Numbered from the stretch's first letter, positions 19,436 through 30,000 are shown. The stretch: DNA of 64,000 nucleotides from Salinispira sp. (GCA_965602015.1 OZ271918.1:320001-384000), one strand, 5' to 3'. The notes: generated by a model not told the origin, from the letters alone. A program made the numbers and translations.

Positions 19436-20144
19436 GGTTTTCTCTCCTGAACCGGGAAGTCAATCGCAGGAAAACAAACATTGCGGCAGTAGACAGCAGA
19501 ATGCCGACGAGCAGGGCCTGATCCCCCAGTCCCGCAGCATATGCGCCGATGCAAATGATCAGGGCAGTGATAAACGGCCCGGGGCGTTTTAGGGTTCTCA
19601 TTTGCTCCACCAGTAAAACGGTGAACAAGGCGGTCATTGAAAACTCAATTCCCGCCGCATCCCAGGAAATCATCGAACCGAAAAGCGCGCCGAGACTGCT
19701 TCCCGTCACCCAGTAGCTTTGATTGAGGGCGGTGACGAAAAAATCGAAACGTTCAGGGTCGGTGCCGATAGGAGGATCGATGGTGGTCAGCAGGCCGTAT
19801 GTTTCATCGGTGAGGCCGAACACGAGATACGCCCGGAATCGCGTAAAGCCCCGGTAGCGATCCAACAGGCTGAGTCCGTAGACCATATGTCTGGCGTTTA
19901 TGAATAAAACGGCGAGAAACATTTCCCCTATGCTCCTGCCGGCGGCCAGCATTCCCACCGACAGGAATTGCGCCGCGCCGGCAAAAATCAGCAAACCGCT
20001 CACCGGTGCCCAGTACCAGGCAAACCCGGCTTTCACCAACAGGAACCCATATGCAAATCCGATGGACAGATATCCGAACAGAACAGGAATGCTGGTTATA
20101 AATGCCGCCCGGAAACTCCGGTCGGAGTTTTTATTCTCAGTCAT
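19326..20144 (-). CDS. azlC: AzlC-family branched-chain amino acid permease
   Basis: FAGAAQF, INARHMVYGLS and FGLTDETYG motifs. Confidence 0.9.
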   Translation of the reverse strand: MTENKNSDRSFRAAFITSIPVLFGYLSIGFAYGFLLVKAGFAWYWAPVSGLLIFAGAAQFLSVGMLAAGRSIGEMFLAVLFINARHMVYGLSLLDRYRGFTRFRAYLVFGLTDETYGLLTTIDPPIGTDPERFDFFVTALNQSYWVTGSSLGALFGSMISWDAAGIEFSMTALFTVLLVEQMRTLKRPGPFITALIICIGAYAAGLGDQALLVGILLSTAAMFVFLRLTSRFRRENHERYSFLHWRRRARHGRCDSIDQGLPLFIVCKKAAA

Positions 20145-20285
20145 GGGCAGATAATACCGGGTCCCACTGCGCTAAGCAATGAAGTCGAAAATTCCCATGC
20201 CTCTGTTGTGCTTGTAAATTCGCCCCGCCGGGCCCATAATGAACCGTTGTTCAATAATATAACTACTGCAATAAAGAAGGATGCG

Positions 20286-22220
20286 ATGGAATACGAAAAG
20301 CGAACCATACCTCAACAATTGATTTTAAGTTCGGAAAAATGGCCCGAAGCGGTCGCCCAATTCAGCAAAGACAGCTCCGGGGATTTTCATCCCACCAGCT
20401 TTCCGCAATTAGTAGAGGAAATGTATATCACTGCGGCGGGCTTCCACGAAATCGGAATCGGAAGGGGTGACCTGGTTGGTCTGATATCGGAGAACCGCAA
20501 GGAATGGCTCCTGGCAGATCTGGGATTGCTTGCCCTGGGAGCTGCCGATGTACCCCGGGGAAACGACACCATGCCGGACGAACTGATCTACATCCTCAAA
20601 ACCGTAGAAGCTTGTGCTGCCATTTTCGAAAATGCCTCTCAACTTAATAAGGTGTTGTCCCGGGTAGGAGAAGTACCGGCTTTGAAAACCTGGATACTCC
20701 TTGATCCGCCGCCGTCTGACGCCGCGGAGGGTCTGGACGATATTACAAGCCGCCTGCCTGAAAGCTCGAAACTTTTAACCTTTGACAAGATACGTGTGGC
20801 CGGAAAAAATGCTATCGAGACACACCGTGAAATGCTCATTGGCCGGGTTGAAGCTGCACAGCCCGAGGAGCTGGCCACCATTATCTTTACATCGGGAACC
20901 ACCGGAGAACCGAAGGGCGTAATGATCAGTCACTGGAACTTCCTTGTCCAGGCCTTGTTTATCGACAATAAAATTGGAATCTCTCCGGGGGACACCTGGT
21001 TGTGCGTGCTACCGGTCTGGCACAGTTTTGAGAGGGTTATGCAGTATATTTCTGTGGCCAACGGCACGGCCCTGGCTTACTCAAAACCCGTCGGTCCGAT
21101 AATGCTTGCGGATTTTGCCAAGGTCAAACCGACGTGGATGGCCTCGGTTCCCCGCATCTGGGAAAGTCTCCAGGCTGGTATTTACAAGAATCTCAAAACC
21201 AAGGGCGGGGCCAGTTGGGCGCTTTTCCGCTTCTTTGTTGCGGTAGGCGGGGCGTTTAAACACCAGGAGGCCCTGGTTCGCGGTTTGCTTCCCCGTTTTA
21301 CCAAAAGAAGCCGGGTGCTGGATTTTCTCCGCGGGGTAATTCCATGGCTTCTATTGCTGCCGCTCCATGCCCTTGGCAATGCCCTGGTTTTTAGCAAGAT
21401 CCGGGGGCGGTTGGGCGGCCGCTTTGTCGCGGGCATCTCCGGTGGCGGCGCGCTGCCGGGGTACATCGATAAATTCTTTAGCGCCGCAGGTATTCTGTTG
21501 TTGGAAGGATACGGATTGACCGAAACATCCCCTGTTATTTCCGTCCGCACCCAGTGGAAACCGGTGCAGGGAACCATCGGTTCGCCGCTTCGGTACACCG
21601 AAGCTCAGGTCCGTGATGATGAGGGCTACGTGCTTCCCCCGGGGCAAAAAGGGGTCCTTTGGGTCCGGGGAATGCAGCGGATGATGGGCTATTTCAAGCG
21701 CGATGATTTAACCGAAGCGATAATCGATGGGGAGAACTGGCTTAACACCGGGGATTTGGCTGAAATGACCTACGACGGGGAAATCGCCATAAGAGGCCGA
21801 GCAAAGGACACCGTAGTTCTGCTGGGCGGTGAAAACATTGAGCCGACGCCGATTGAAGCCCGGCTGCGGTCGAGCATGTATATCGATCAGGCTGTGGTTG
21901 TGGGACAGGACCAGAAATTCCTCGGAGCGCTCATTGTTCCAGAGAAGGAGAATGTCAGCATATGGGCCAGGGAGAACGGCCTGAATCCCGATGATTGGGA
22001 GGCATTCTGCGCAAGTGAAGACCTGAGAGGGCTCATTCGCCAGGAAATCGCCGAAGCTGTGAGCAGTAAGAACGGGTTTCGCACCTGGGAGCAGATTTCC
22101 CGATTTACCCTGCTTTGCGAACCCTTTGAAGTCGGAGCCGAACTGTCGGGAAAACAAGACTTGAAGCGGCACTATATCGACGGAAAATATGCCGATCAGA
22201 TTTCCGCGCTGTTTAAATAG
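20286..22220 (+). CDS. fadD: Long-chain fatty-acid--CoA ligase
   Basis: IFTSGTTGEPKGV, EGYGLTET, TGD and GRAKDTVVL.GGENIEP motifs; start placed at MEYEKR after aagaagga. Confidence 0.9.
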   Translation: MEYEKRTIPQQLILSSEKWPEAVAQFSKDSSGDFHPTSFPQLVEEMYITAAGFHEIGIGRGDLVGLISENRKEWLLADLGLLALGAADVPRGNDTMPDELIYILKTVEACAAIFENASQLNKVLSRVGEVPALKTWILLDPPPSDAAEGLDDITSRLPESSKLLTFDKIRVAGKNAIETHREMLIGRVEAAQPEELATIIFTSGTTGEPKGVMISHWNFLVQALFIDNKIGISPGDTWLCVLPVWHSFERVMQYISVANGTALAYSKPVGPIMLADFAKVKPTWMASVPRIWESLQAGIYKNLKTKGGASWALFRFFVAVGGAFKHQEALVRGLLPRFTKRSRVLDFLRGVIPWLLLLPLHALGNALVFSKIRGRLGGRFVAGISGGGALPGYIDKFFSAAGILLLEGYGLTETSPVISVRTQWKPVQGTIGSPLRYTEAQVRDDEGYVLPPGQKGVLWVRGMQRMMGYFKRDDLTEAIIDGENWLNTGDLAEMTYDGEIAIRGRAKDTVVLLGGENIEPTPIEARLRSSMYIDQAVVVGQDQKFLGALIVPEKENVSIWARENGLNPDDWEAFCASEDLRGLIRQEIAEAVSSKNGFRTWEQISRFTLLCEPFEVGAELSGKQDLKRHYIDGKYADQISALFK

Positions 22221-22294
22221 GTGTTCGCTTTTACTTGCCGTTTGGGCTCCTGCGAAGTATCCGCGGGAGCCCACAGGCTTAGTGTAGATTGAAC

Positions 22295-22421
22295 TGCCCC
22301 GAAAACAGCTGATTTTCTGGTGGTAAAACACCATGCGAGAATGATAAACCTAGTTTTTCGACTTTACGCGCAGTAGACTGGGTGTAATTCCTATCTCAAT
22401 TGCCGGTATCTACATATTGAA
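22295..22421 (+). mobile_element. Truncated MITE (one IR plus internal sequence, second IR missing)
   Basis: tgccccgaaaacagctgattttc, then taaaacac..t.cgagaatgat.aacc.tagt shared with the reverse complement of 49908-50051. Confidence 0.8.
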
Positions 22422-22422
22422 C

Positions 22423-23130
22423 TTACCGAAAGATTTCCACATCGAAATTTAAAATGATTCTTTCTGCAAACAATCGGTAGGCTTCGCCTGAAGGATGAAG
22501 GCCATCATCTGCGATCAGTTCCGGGTTAGTTATTCCGCGTCTGGTGATGTCGGTAATCTCAAAAAAGGCAATGCCACGGTTTTCCACGTAGGTTTTCATC
22601 CAACTGTTGTACGCATTTAGCTCATGTTCAATAGCGGCGCGCTCCTGGGGATCGATACGGCTTCCGTACGCTGTGTATCCATAATCCGGAATGGAGAGCA
22701 CGAATACCCGTTCTGCCTGTCCTTCGGTAAACTCTAAGGCTCTGTCTATGAGCTCCGGGACATCGGACGTATACCGGGAAAAATCATAGCCCCGAAATTG
22801 GTTGTTCACTCCGATCAGCAGGGAGACAAGATCATAGCTTTGCCGGTCTGTAGCGGTGTTCCGTAAAGATGAGATCAATTCATCGCTTGTCCACCCGGTG
22901 CGGGCTCGATACTCCACCACTATGCTTCGGGAAAGCCGGGTCTCCAACGACCCAGCAAACTGTTCAGGCCATCGTTCTTCCGGTGAAACCGATTGGCCAA
23001 TGGTATACGAGTCTCCCAGCGCCAGGTAATGGACTTCGTCACTCGGAGCCTGCGGCAGGGCTGATGTGCAGGCCGAAAAAAAACCGGCGCAGCACAAGAT
23101 CAGAATTAGCATTCGCGACACAGATTTCAT
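22423..23130 (-). CDS. SGNH/GDSL hydrolase lipoprotein
   Basis: LGDSYT, GVNNQ and DGLHPS motifs; lipobox FSAC. Confidence 0.9.
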   Translation of the reverse strand: MKSVSRMLILILCCAGFFSACTSALPQAPSDEVHYLALGDSYTIGQSVSPEERWPEQFAGSLETRLSRSIVVEYRARTGWTSDELISSLRNTATDRQSYDLVSLLIGVNNQFRGYDFSRYTSDVPELIDRALEFTEGQAERVFVLSIPDYGYTAYGSRIDPQERAAIEHELNAYNSWMKTYVENRGIAFFEITDITRRGITNPELIADDGLHPSGEAYRLFAERIILNFDVEIFR

Positions 23131-23232
23131 GAATCAAAGATAGGGATTTTTTTGTCCTTCGTGGTCATTCATCTCTTGATTTACTGTTTGCCGTAGATAT
23201 ATGATATCACATCAAAACCCGAGGAGGTCTGT

Positions 23233-23286
23233 ATGAAAGAGCTTGTTCTCTACCATCGCCCTGTTCGGGGTCTGCTAGCAGGCTAA
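23233..23286 (+). CDS. Putative 17-aa leader peptide MKELVLYHRPVRGLLAG
   Basis: Strong RBS GAGGAGG at 23221; ends 85 bp upstream of rsgA. Confidence 0.6.
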   Translation: MKELVLYHRPVRGLLAG

Positions 23287-23371
23287 TCCCTTCCTGTACA
23301 CTTCCTGAACAGCGCGATTATCTCACGTATGTAAGTAACAACAGATATCGACTGGATTTCAGGAGAAACCA

Positions 23372-24586
23372 TTGAATAACGCAATTATTTCCGCTGATCC
23401 CCGCATTTTGGCCATGTGGGAAAGCTGGATTGAAGAGCAGGGCGAGAGCACGGGTTTTATGCTCGCCCGCATCACTGAGCAAAACCATCATCTCTATACC
23501 TGTCTGGAGCCTGAGGGGCAGAAAATCCGCGTCCGGATTTCCGGAGGGTATGAGTCCCGGGGGAGAAACCGGGACGAGTACCCCGTGGTCGGCGATTGGG
23601 TGGCAGTCAGTATTCCCAAAACGCAGGACAGCCAAACAGATGAAGCCGCAGGCCTTATTTCCCACGTGCTTCCCCGAAGTAGTTCGTTAAGCCGGGCTGC
23701 CGCCGGAATCAAAACAGAAAAGCAGATTATCGTCTCAAACATCGATTATGTCCTGCTGGTCTTCGGCCTTGACGGGGGGCGAAACTTCCTCGAATCCATG
23801 CTTGAGCGCAGTCTCACGGCCGCGTGGAACTCCGGTGCCAAACCGGTGATTGTCCTCAATAAAGCCGACGCGGCATCCCCGGAAGACCGGGATAAAGCCC
23901 GAGCTGCCGCCGAGGGGATCGCCTTCGGAGTTCCGGTCTTCGTGGTAAGCGCTCATAGTATGGAGGGCATGGAGGATCTTGCTGCGGAAATCGCCGGAAA
24001 GGGGCAGTACCCGCCGCTCATCGCCATGCTGGGAAAAAGCGGCGTCGGCAAGTCCGCGCTGGTAAATGCCCTGCACCGTATTGATCGCGGGGACCGGCAA
24101 AGCATTGGTGGCGGTGAACCCGCATCCGCAAGCCCGTTCGCCCCATCGGTTACACACTCCGGCGCCTCGCGGGTTGCAGCAGAGGGAGCCCAGCGCAAAG
24201 GTGATAACCAGGGAAGGCATACCACCACCGCCAGCCGGCTCTATCCCCTGCCGTTTGGCCCGTGGATCGCCGATGTGCCGGGCCTTCGCGAGCTGAAGAT
24301 TTGGGGTGATGAGGATGATCTTGCTCAGGTTTTTCCCGAAATCGTTGAGCTTGCGGAGCAATGCCGTTTCCGGGACTGCCGTCATGATGCAGAGCCGGGC
24401 TGCGCTGTCCGCCAGGCCATGGAAGCCGGCGAACTCGATCCCCGGAGATTCGAATCATGGCAAAAGCTGCAGAAAGAGCTGGCCTATCTCGACCGACGAA
24501 ATAATGAGCAGGCAATTCGCGCGGAACGGGACAAATGGAAGGCCATCAATAAAAGCATGCGCAATTTTAGAAAACCGGGGCGTTGA
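23372..24586 (+). CDS. rsgA: Ribosome small subunit-dependent GTPase A
   Basis: PVVGDWV, LNKAD, GKSGVGKS, GRHTTT, DVPGLRE and C.FRDC.H..EPGC zinc finger; TTG start after aggaga. Confidence 0.93.
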   Translation: MNNAIISADPRILAMWESWIEEQGESTGFMLARITEQNHHLYTCLEPEGQKIRVRISGGYESRGRNRDEYPVVGDWVAVSIPKTQDSQTDEAAGLISHVLPRSSSLSRAAAGIKTEKQIIVSNIDYVLLVFGLDGGRNFLESMLERSLTAAWNSGAKPVIVLNKADAASPEDRDKARAAAEGIAFGVPVFVVSAHSMEGMEDLAAEIAGKGQYPPLIAMLGKSGVGKSALVNALHRIDRGDRQSIGGGEPASASPFAPSVTHSGASRVAAEGAQRKGDNQGRHTTTASRLYPLPFGPWIADVPGLRELKIWGDEDDLAQVFPEIVELAEQCRFRDCRHDAEPGCAVRQAMEAGELDPRRFESWQKLQKELAYLDRRNNEQAIRAERDKWKAINKSMRNFRKPGR

Positions 24587-24698
24587 GCGCTGTCTGATGA
24601 GCTGACAAACACTTCATAAAAAACCTGGTTTTGATTCGGCTGTTAACTTGATTTTATGGCATAATAGCTGTGAACCATGCGGTTACTATGGAGGTAAT

Positions 24699-25175
24699 AT
24701 GGAGAAGGATGAAAAACTCAAAGCACATAAATATTTCTCGGCCCAGTGCTTCAACCGGATCTGGGAGCTGATGGAGAATCCCCAACGGGGGGACGCGGAG
24801 AACCAGGAAATGCTCAGGCTCGCATTTAGTTCTTATTGGCACTGGACCTGCCGAGATGACGTGGACGACACCAAGATTTCTGTGGCCTTATGGATGAATG
24901 CCCGGGTTGCCGCGGTAATCGGAATGGGTGAGCTGGCTCTTGATCAGGCGAAACGATGCCTTGAAATCAGCAGCAATGAAGGTATTCCCCCGTTCTATCT
25001 GGGCTATGCCCATGAAGCACTGGCCCGGGCCCATCAGGTCAGGGGCGAAAGCCAGGAAGCCTCAATGCAGCTCCAGGCTGCAGATGCGGTGCTCGCGTCT
25101 ATGCCCGACAATGATGAAAAGTCCTGGCTCGCTGCTGATCTGTCGGAACTCAAAAAGCTTCCCGCCGATTCCTGA
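24699..25175 (+). CDS. Conserved hypothetical helical protein
   Basis: RBS ggagg; FN.IWELME...YWHW...YAHEALARA; stop overlaps the next start. Confidence 0.7.
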   Translation: MEKDEKLKAHKYFSAQCFNRIWELMENPQRGDAENQEMLRLAFSSYWHWTCRDDVDDTKISVALWMNARVAAVIGMGELALDQAKRCLEISSNEGIPPFYLGYAHEALARAHQVRGESQEASMQLQAADAVLASMPDNDEKSWLAADLSELKKLPADS

Positions 25176-25726
25176 TGGAAGAATTTGTCGAACTCTGCGG
25201 TTCTGATAGTGAGCTGCGCCGAAGCGCCGCCGAAATCCTTACCGAGAGCTTCACCGCTCTTGGGGTCCCGGCATGGCCGGATATTGAGTCGGCAATAAAG
25301 GAAGTCAAAGACTGCTGCTCAAATTCCCGGATGGTTATCGGCCTGGTAATCGATGGACGCCTTGCCGGCTGGGGTGGGCTTCAAAGCATGTACGGCGACG
25401 TCACCTGGGAGCTTCATCCTCTGGTTGTAGACCGTGAAATGCGCGGGCGAAGAGTCGGGGCGAAACTGCTCTGTGAACTTGAACGCCGCGCCCGAAGGGC
25501 AGGGGTTGCCAATATCGCCCTGGGTACTGATGATGAGTACCACGGAACCAGTCTCTCGGATTTCGATCCGACGGTCGATGATCTCGGCCAAGCGATAAAA
25601 AGCATCTCGAATAGGGCGAATCACCCGTTCGAGTTCTATCAAAAGCAGGGATACCGTATTGTTGGAATCATTCCCCACGCCAACGGCCGGGGAAAACCGG
25701 ATATCATTATGTGGAAGGCCTTGTAG
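25175..25726 (+). CDS. GNAT acetyltransferase resembling aminoglycoside 6'-N-acetyltransferase AAC(6')-Ia
   Basis: WELHPLVV, LGTDDE...TSLS and HPFEFYQKQGYRIVGIIPHANG.GKPDI.M.K motifs. Confidence 0.85.
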   Translation: MEEFVELCGSDSELRRSAAEILTESFTALGVPAWPDIESAIKEVKDCCSNSRMVIGLVIDGRLAGWGGLQSMYGDVTWELHPLVVDREMRGRRVGAKLLCELERRARRAGVANIALGTDDEYHGTSLSDFDPTVDDLGQAIKSISNRANHPFEFYQKQGYRIVGIIPHANGRGKPDIIMWKAL

Positions 25727-25755
25727 CAGATTGTAAAATATTGGGGAGGCTGTTT

Positions 25756-27372
25756 ATGGCGTCAATTTTAAATCCCGCAACCGGAGAGACCGTAGCGGAG
25801 CAAATCACCCACGATTCCTCTTTGGTCAAGGAGGCGGTTAGCCGCGGAAAAGCTGTACAGCCCGGCTGGTCCGGCCTGGAGTTCCGAGGCCGCCGAAAGA
25901 TTATCCGCAAGGCCGCCATCATCATAAGCCGGCGTAGCGATGAACTTTCACGCATGATCTCAAGGCTTACGGGGAAGACCCCAGTGGATGCCCTGGCGAC
26001 CGAAGTTTTGCCATCGGTGCTCTCTGCTTCATACTACGCGAAAAGCGCAGAAAAATCCCTGCGTTCCGAACGGGTACCGGGCAGCAGCATCATCTTTTTT
26101 AATAAGCGCTCCCGCCTGTTTCGGGAGCCCATTGGTGTAGTCGGCATTATCAGCCCCTGGAATTACCCCTGGTCCATCCCTTTCCAGGAGGTGGTTATGG
26201 CCCTGATGGCTGGAAATGCGGTGATCCTCAAAGTTGCCACCCAATGCCAGCCCCTTGGAGATCTCATGGCGGAAATTCTCTACGATGCGGGCATCCCCCG
26301 TGATCTCTTCGCCGTGCTTCACATCTCGGGCCGAGAAGCCGGCTCGGCCTTTATTGGTTCGGGGATCGGTAAACTCTTTTTTACCGGCTCGGTTGAAGTC
26401 GGCAAAAAACTGGCCGAAGAAGCCGGGCGGGTTCTGCTTCCAGTTTCCCTGGAACTGGGGGGTAATGACGCAATGATCGTCTGCGAAGATGCCAATATCG
26501 AGCGGGCTGTGAACGGGGCAATGTGGGCGGGACTATCGAACTGCGGCCAGTCCTGCGGCGGGGCTGAGAGGATTTATGTCCATGCCTCGCGCTATGAGGA
26601 ATTTGCATCAACCCTGGCCCGGCGGATTCGCTCCCTCCGCCACTACCGGCCCGGCCTCGAGGATCCCTACGCCTATGAGCAGGGCAGTCTGACTACTGAG
26701 AAACAGCGGGAAGGCGTCAAAGCCCATGTCAGCCAGGCCGTGGCGAAAGGCGCCCGCATATCGGCACAGAGCGGGCTCGGCGACAGAACCTCGGATGGCC
26801 ATAAGAACGCCGCGGCGGGCAATCTCACAAACATGCCGGGATTCGCTCATCCGGCGGTGCTGCTGGAAAACGTCACCCATGAAATGGATGTTCAGCTTCA
26901 TGAAACCTTCGGTCCCGTACTCACCCTGACTCCCTTTGCCGATGACCGTGAGGCAGTCCGTTTGGCGAATGATTCATACCTGGGGCTCACCGCATCGGTA
27001 TGGACAAAAAGCCGGAAACGGGCCGACCGGTTGGCCTCCGCGCTGGAGGCCGGGGCGGTAACGGTCAACGATCACCTCATGAGCCATGGCCTTCCGGAAA
27101 CTCCCTGGGGAGGGTACAAGCAGTCGGCCATAGGACGATCGCACTCCAAACTCGGGTTTTACGAAATGACCCAACCCAAGGTCGTTGTTAAGGACATCCT
27201 GGATTTTGCTCCCCGACAGATGTGGTGGTTTCCTTATGATGGGGATTTGTATCGCGGACTACAATCAGTTTTGACCCTGTTGCACGGTCCCCGACGATTG
27301 GCATCGGCGCTTCGCCTGCTGAAAACATTTACGAGGATGTTTAAAAAACCGAAGGAGATAGACCATGCTTAA
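25756..27372 (+). CDS. Aldehyde dehydrogenase
   Basis: ISPWNYP, FTGS, LELGG, catalytic GQSC and ETFGPV motifs. Confidence 0.92.
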   Translation: MASILNPATGETVAEQITHDSSLVKEAVSRGKAVQPGWSGLEFRGRRKIIRKAAIIISRRSDELSRMISRLTGKTPVDALATEVLPSVLSASYYAKSAEKSLRSERVPGSSIIFFNKRSRLFREPIGVVGIISPWNYPWSIPFQEVVMALMAGNAVILKVATQCQPLGDLMAEILYDAGIPRDLFAVLHISGREAGSAFIGSGIGKLFFTGSVEVGKKLAEEAGRVLLPVSLELGGNDAMIVCEDANIERAVNGAMWAGLSNCGQSCGGAERIYVHASRYEEFASTLARRIRSLRHYRPGLEDPYAYEQGSLTTEKQREGVKAHVSQAVAKGARISAQSGLGDRTSDGHKNAAAGNLTNMPGFAHPAVLLENVTHEMDVQLHETFGPVLTLTPFADDREAVRLANDSYLGLTASVWTKSRKRADRLASALEAGAVTVNDHLMSHGLPETPWGGYKQSAIGRSHSKLGFYEMTQPKVVVKDILDFAPRQMWWFPYDGDLYRGLQSVLTLLHGPRRLASALRLLKTFTRMFKKPKEIDHA

Positions 27373-27772
27373 CCTGGGAACTCCAGCCCTGCTGTTTCCC
27401 GCCTTGAGTCTGCTGCTCCTGGCGTATACAAACCGCTTCCTCACCCTGGCGGACCTAATCCGCAAACTCCACGATCAGTTAAAATCCGGGGGGCCGGGAC
27501 AGCTCATAGCCCAGATTCGCAATTTGCAAAAGCGCATTCGGCTCATCAAGTCTATGCAAATATTCGGAGTGCTCTCTCTGCTCCTCTGTGTAATTACCAT
27601 GTTCCTGGTATTTTTCGGCGCAGTATTCGCTTCGGAACTCTTATTCGCCATGAGTCTTATTTCAATGATAATTTCCCTGACCCAGTCGCTGAGGGAACTG
27701 AGCATATCGGTCGATGCCCTCAGCGTTCAGCTCGAGGATCTCGAGGAAGGCTGCAGCGATAAAAACGGCTGA
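27365..27772 (+). CDS. DUF2721-like small membrane protein
   Basis: TPALLFPALSLLLLAYTNRF...IR.LH motif; three TM segments. Confidence 0.75.
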   Translation: MLNLGTPALLFPALSLLLLAYTNRFLTLADLIRKLHDQLKSGGPGQLIAQIRNLQKRIRLIKSMQIFGVLSLLLCVITMFLVFFGAVFASELLFAMSLISMIISLTQSLRELSISVDALSVQLEDLEEGCSDKNG

Positions 27773-27809
27773 GGCATTTATCACTCCCTGCGGCGGGACG
27801 TTCAGGAAA

Positions 27810-28268
27810 TTAGGATCTGCCGATTTGAGACTTGCGGGTATACTTTGCAATGTGCGAGCGGTGACGGAATCGCAACAGCGACCAGTCTTCATCAAATGCT
27901 ATTTGCCGGACGCCTTCGAAACCCAGGTCCAGAATAGCCTCCCAACCGCTATCCCGGTTAAAATCCGCTGTATATCTCTTGGAGCTAGCTTTCGGATAGG
28001 CGAACCAGAATAGGGGATCGCCCGCTGGGTCTGCATCGGCAGCCTTGATTGCCGCCGCAAGGCTGTCGATATGCGCTTTCTCAAACAGAAAGGCGAGAAC
28101 ACAGTCTTTCGAGCCTACATAGTCCGCCGGCAGCCTATAATCCCTGCTGAATATCAGCGGTATATGCGCTTCGCTTCTTTCCAGAGCCTTGCGGACATCC
28201 TCCGGGGCATTAAGTATCAGTAATCGATGGGCGTCTTTAAGCTGGAGCTTTTTATTCACGTTTTCCAT
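27810..28268 (-). CDS. Conserved hypothetical protein (DUF3052-like)
   Basis: W.AYPK..S....D.NRD.GW...G...VRQIA.DEDWS.LRFR motif. Confidence 0.7.
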   Translation of the reverse strand: MENVNKKLQLKDAHRLLILNAPEDVRKALERSEAHIPLIFSRDYRLPADYVGSKDCVLAFLFEKAHIDSLAAAIKAADADPAGDPLFWFAYPKASSKRYTADFNRDSGWEAILDLGFEGVRQIAFDEDWSLLRFRHRSHIAKYTRKSQIGRS

Positions 28269-28300
28269 TTTCGCCTCCCTGCGGGCTGGCTGATCACCTT

Positions 28301-28672
28301 CTATCGATGCTGGTCGAAAAGGATGGGATTGCCGTCGGGATCTATCAGGGTAAATGATGCCGGTCCGCTTCCGGACTCGTCGGCGGCTTCCACGGGGGTA
28401 ATGCCCGATGCGATTAGGGACTTTTGAATCTCTCTCACATCGGTGAAATCGTCGAGGTTTTCCCCGTTCTGATTCCAGCCGGGGTTAAATGTGATGATGT
28501 TCTTTTCGAACATCCCCTGGAATAGGCCGATTACCGTATCGCCGCTTTTGAGCATCAGCCAGTTCTGCTCTATATCGCCGCCGAACTCAACAAATCCGAG
28601 CTTCTTATAAAAATCCCGTGATGCTTTTATATCCTTAACAGCCAGGCTGATGGAAAATGCACCGAGTTTCAT
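28301..28672 (-). CDS. VOC/glyoxalase family protein
   Basis: [18 protein letters not shown] and DPDGN motifs. Confidence 0.88.
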   Translation of the reverse strand: MKLGAFSISLAVKDIKASRDFYKKLGFVEFGGDIEQNWLMLKSGDTVIGLFQGMFEKNIITFNPGWNQNGENLDDFTDVREIQKSLIASGITPVEAADESGSGPASFTLIDPDGNPILFDQHR

Positions 28673-28743
28673 ACATGCCTCCTTGGGACCCCAGGGTCCA
28701 TTACTTAACTATAGCCGCAGAATGAGGAAAATGCGAATCTTTG

Positions 28744-29973
28744 TCAGGTCTCGACCTTCATTTCCATGGCGATGAGGGGCCGGGGAGCGAGACTGGTGAG
28801 GGAATCGGAGCTTACTCCCATGAATCCGTCTCCGAACATGTGATTCACATGTCCGGAGAGCTTGAACTCCGGACACCTGCCTATAAAACGCTCGCCGTCA
28901 TAATACAGGGCTAACTGCACCGGGCTGGCAAAGGCTCCGTCGGGGGTAAAATCACCTCCCGAGGCGATTACTACCACCACTCCCGGTTCGCCGCCAAGAA
29001 TATCTCTGGTCGTTCTTGTTCCCGGTTTGATCGCGAGGTGAGGCATTGATATTCCCGGCGTCTCATCGAAATCACCGCCTGCGCATCCGGTTTGCGGCAG
29101 ACCGAACTGCATCGCGTACTCCCGGTTCAGGTAGGGAGCCACCAGGACCCCGTTCTCAATGAGGGCAAAGCGGTCGTCGGGGTTCGCCACCCCTTCGCTG
29201 TCAAAAAATGCTTCGAGAAAGCCGTCGGCCCGGTTTCTGCTCTGATAGAGGGTAAAGTCCCGGTGAAACAGCTTTTCACCGATCTTGCTTGACCACTTCG
29301 ACCCGCCGCTGCCGAACTGAAGTCCCTGCAGTTCCTGAAGAAACTTTATTTTGTAACCCAGGTCGTTTTCCAGGAACAGCACCGGTCGGGTTCCACCGGT
29401 CATATTCATAGGGTTTTTCATAGCCTCGCAAATATCATTCGTGAGGCGGAGAAATTCCGGGGCATCCCACCTGGTTCCCTCTATCTCCGAGAAACCGTCC
29501 ATGATGTTCGGCGAGGACTGTTCCTTTATGCCCAGGGCAAACTCCATCATTCTGCTTGTATCCCGAAGGTCCAAACCCCGGTCGTTGCGCAGCGATGTCT
29601 CGGTTTTTCTTAATCTGGCGAGATAGGAAAAAATGAAATCCGGCTGACTTTCCCTCAGCTTTTCGAGAACTTCCTCAACCTCAGAGAGAAAGTTCTCCCT
29701 GACTGGTATTTGGGCGGGATTGTCACGGTGCTCCTTCCGCGGGCCCATGGGCTCCGGAGCGTAAGGGATGTTCATCTTCAGGAACGCAGAGGCGCGTTTT
29801 TCCAGCTTTGCCATATCCGGCTTTCCCAGGCCGCCGGCTACGGCTATATGGCCGTTGTGGTAGAGCCGCAGGGCTTCTTTTCGGATCGTTTTGCTCCGCA
29901 TTGAACTCACCCGGCTTTGGGCGATGCTGAGGGTCATTTCTTGGGTTTCTATTGCATAGTGTTCTTTGATCAT
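28744..29973 (-). CDS. TldE/PmbA-like metallopeptidase subunit
   Basis: FDSEG and LIENGVL motifs; stop/start coupled downstream of tldD. Confidence 0.8.
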   Translation of the reverse strand: MIKEHYAIETQEMTLSIAQSRVSSMRSKTIRKEALRLYHNGHIAVAGGLGKPDMAKLEKRASAFLKMNIPYAPEPMGPRKEHRDNPAQIPVRENFLSEVEEVLEKLRESQPDFIFSYLARLRKTETSLRNDRGLDLRDTSRMMEFALGIKEQSSPNIMDGFSEIEGTRWDAPEFLRLTNDICEAMKNPMNMTGGTRPVLFLENDLGYKIKFLQELQGLQFGSGGSKWSSKIGEKLFHRDFTLYQSRNRADGFLEAFFDSEGVANPDDRFALIENGVLVAPYLNREYAMQFGLPQTGCAGGDFDETPGISMPHLAIKPGTRTTRDILGGEPGVVVVIASGGDFTPDGAFASPVQLALYYDGERFIGRCPEFKLSGHVNHMFGDGFMGVSSDSLTSLAPRPLIAMEMKVET

Positions 29974-30000
29974 TTTGTCTCCTGTTATTCCCTCGCAGCC

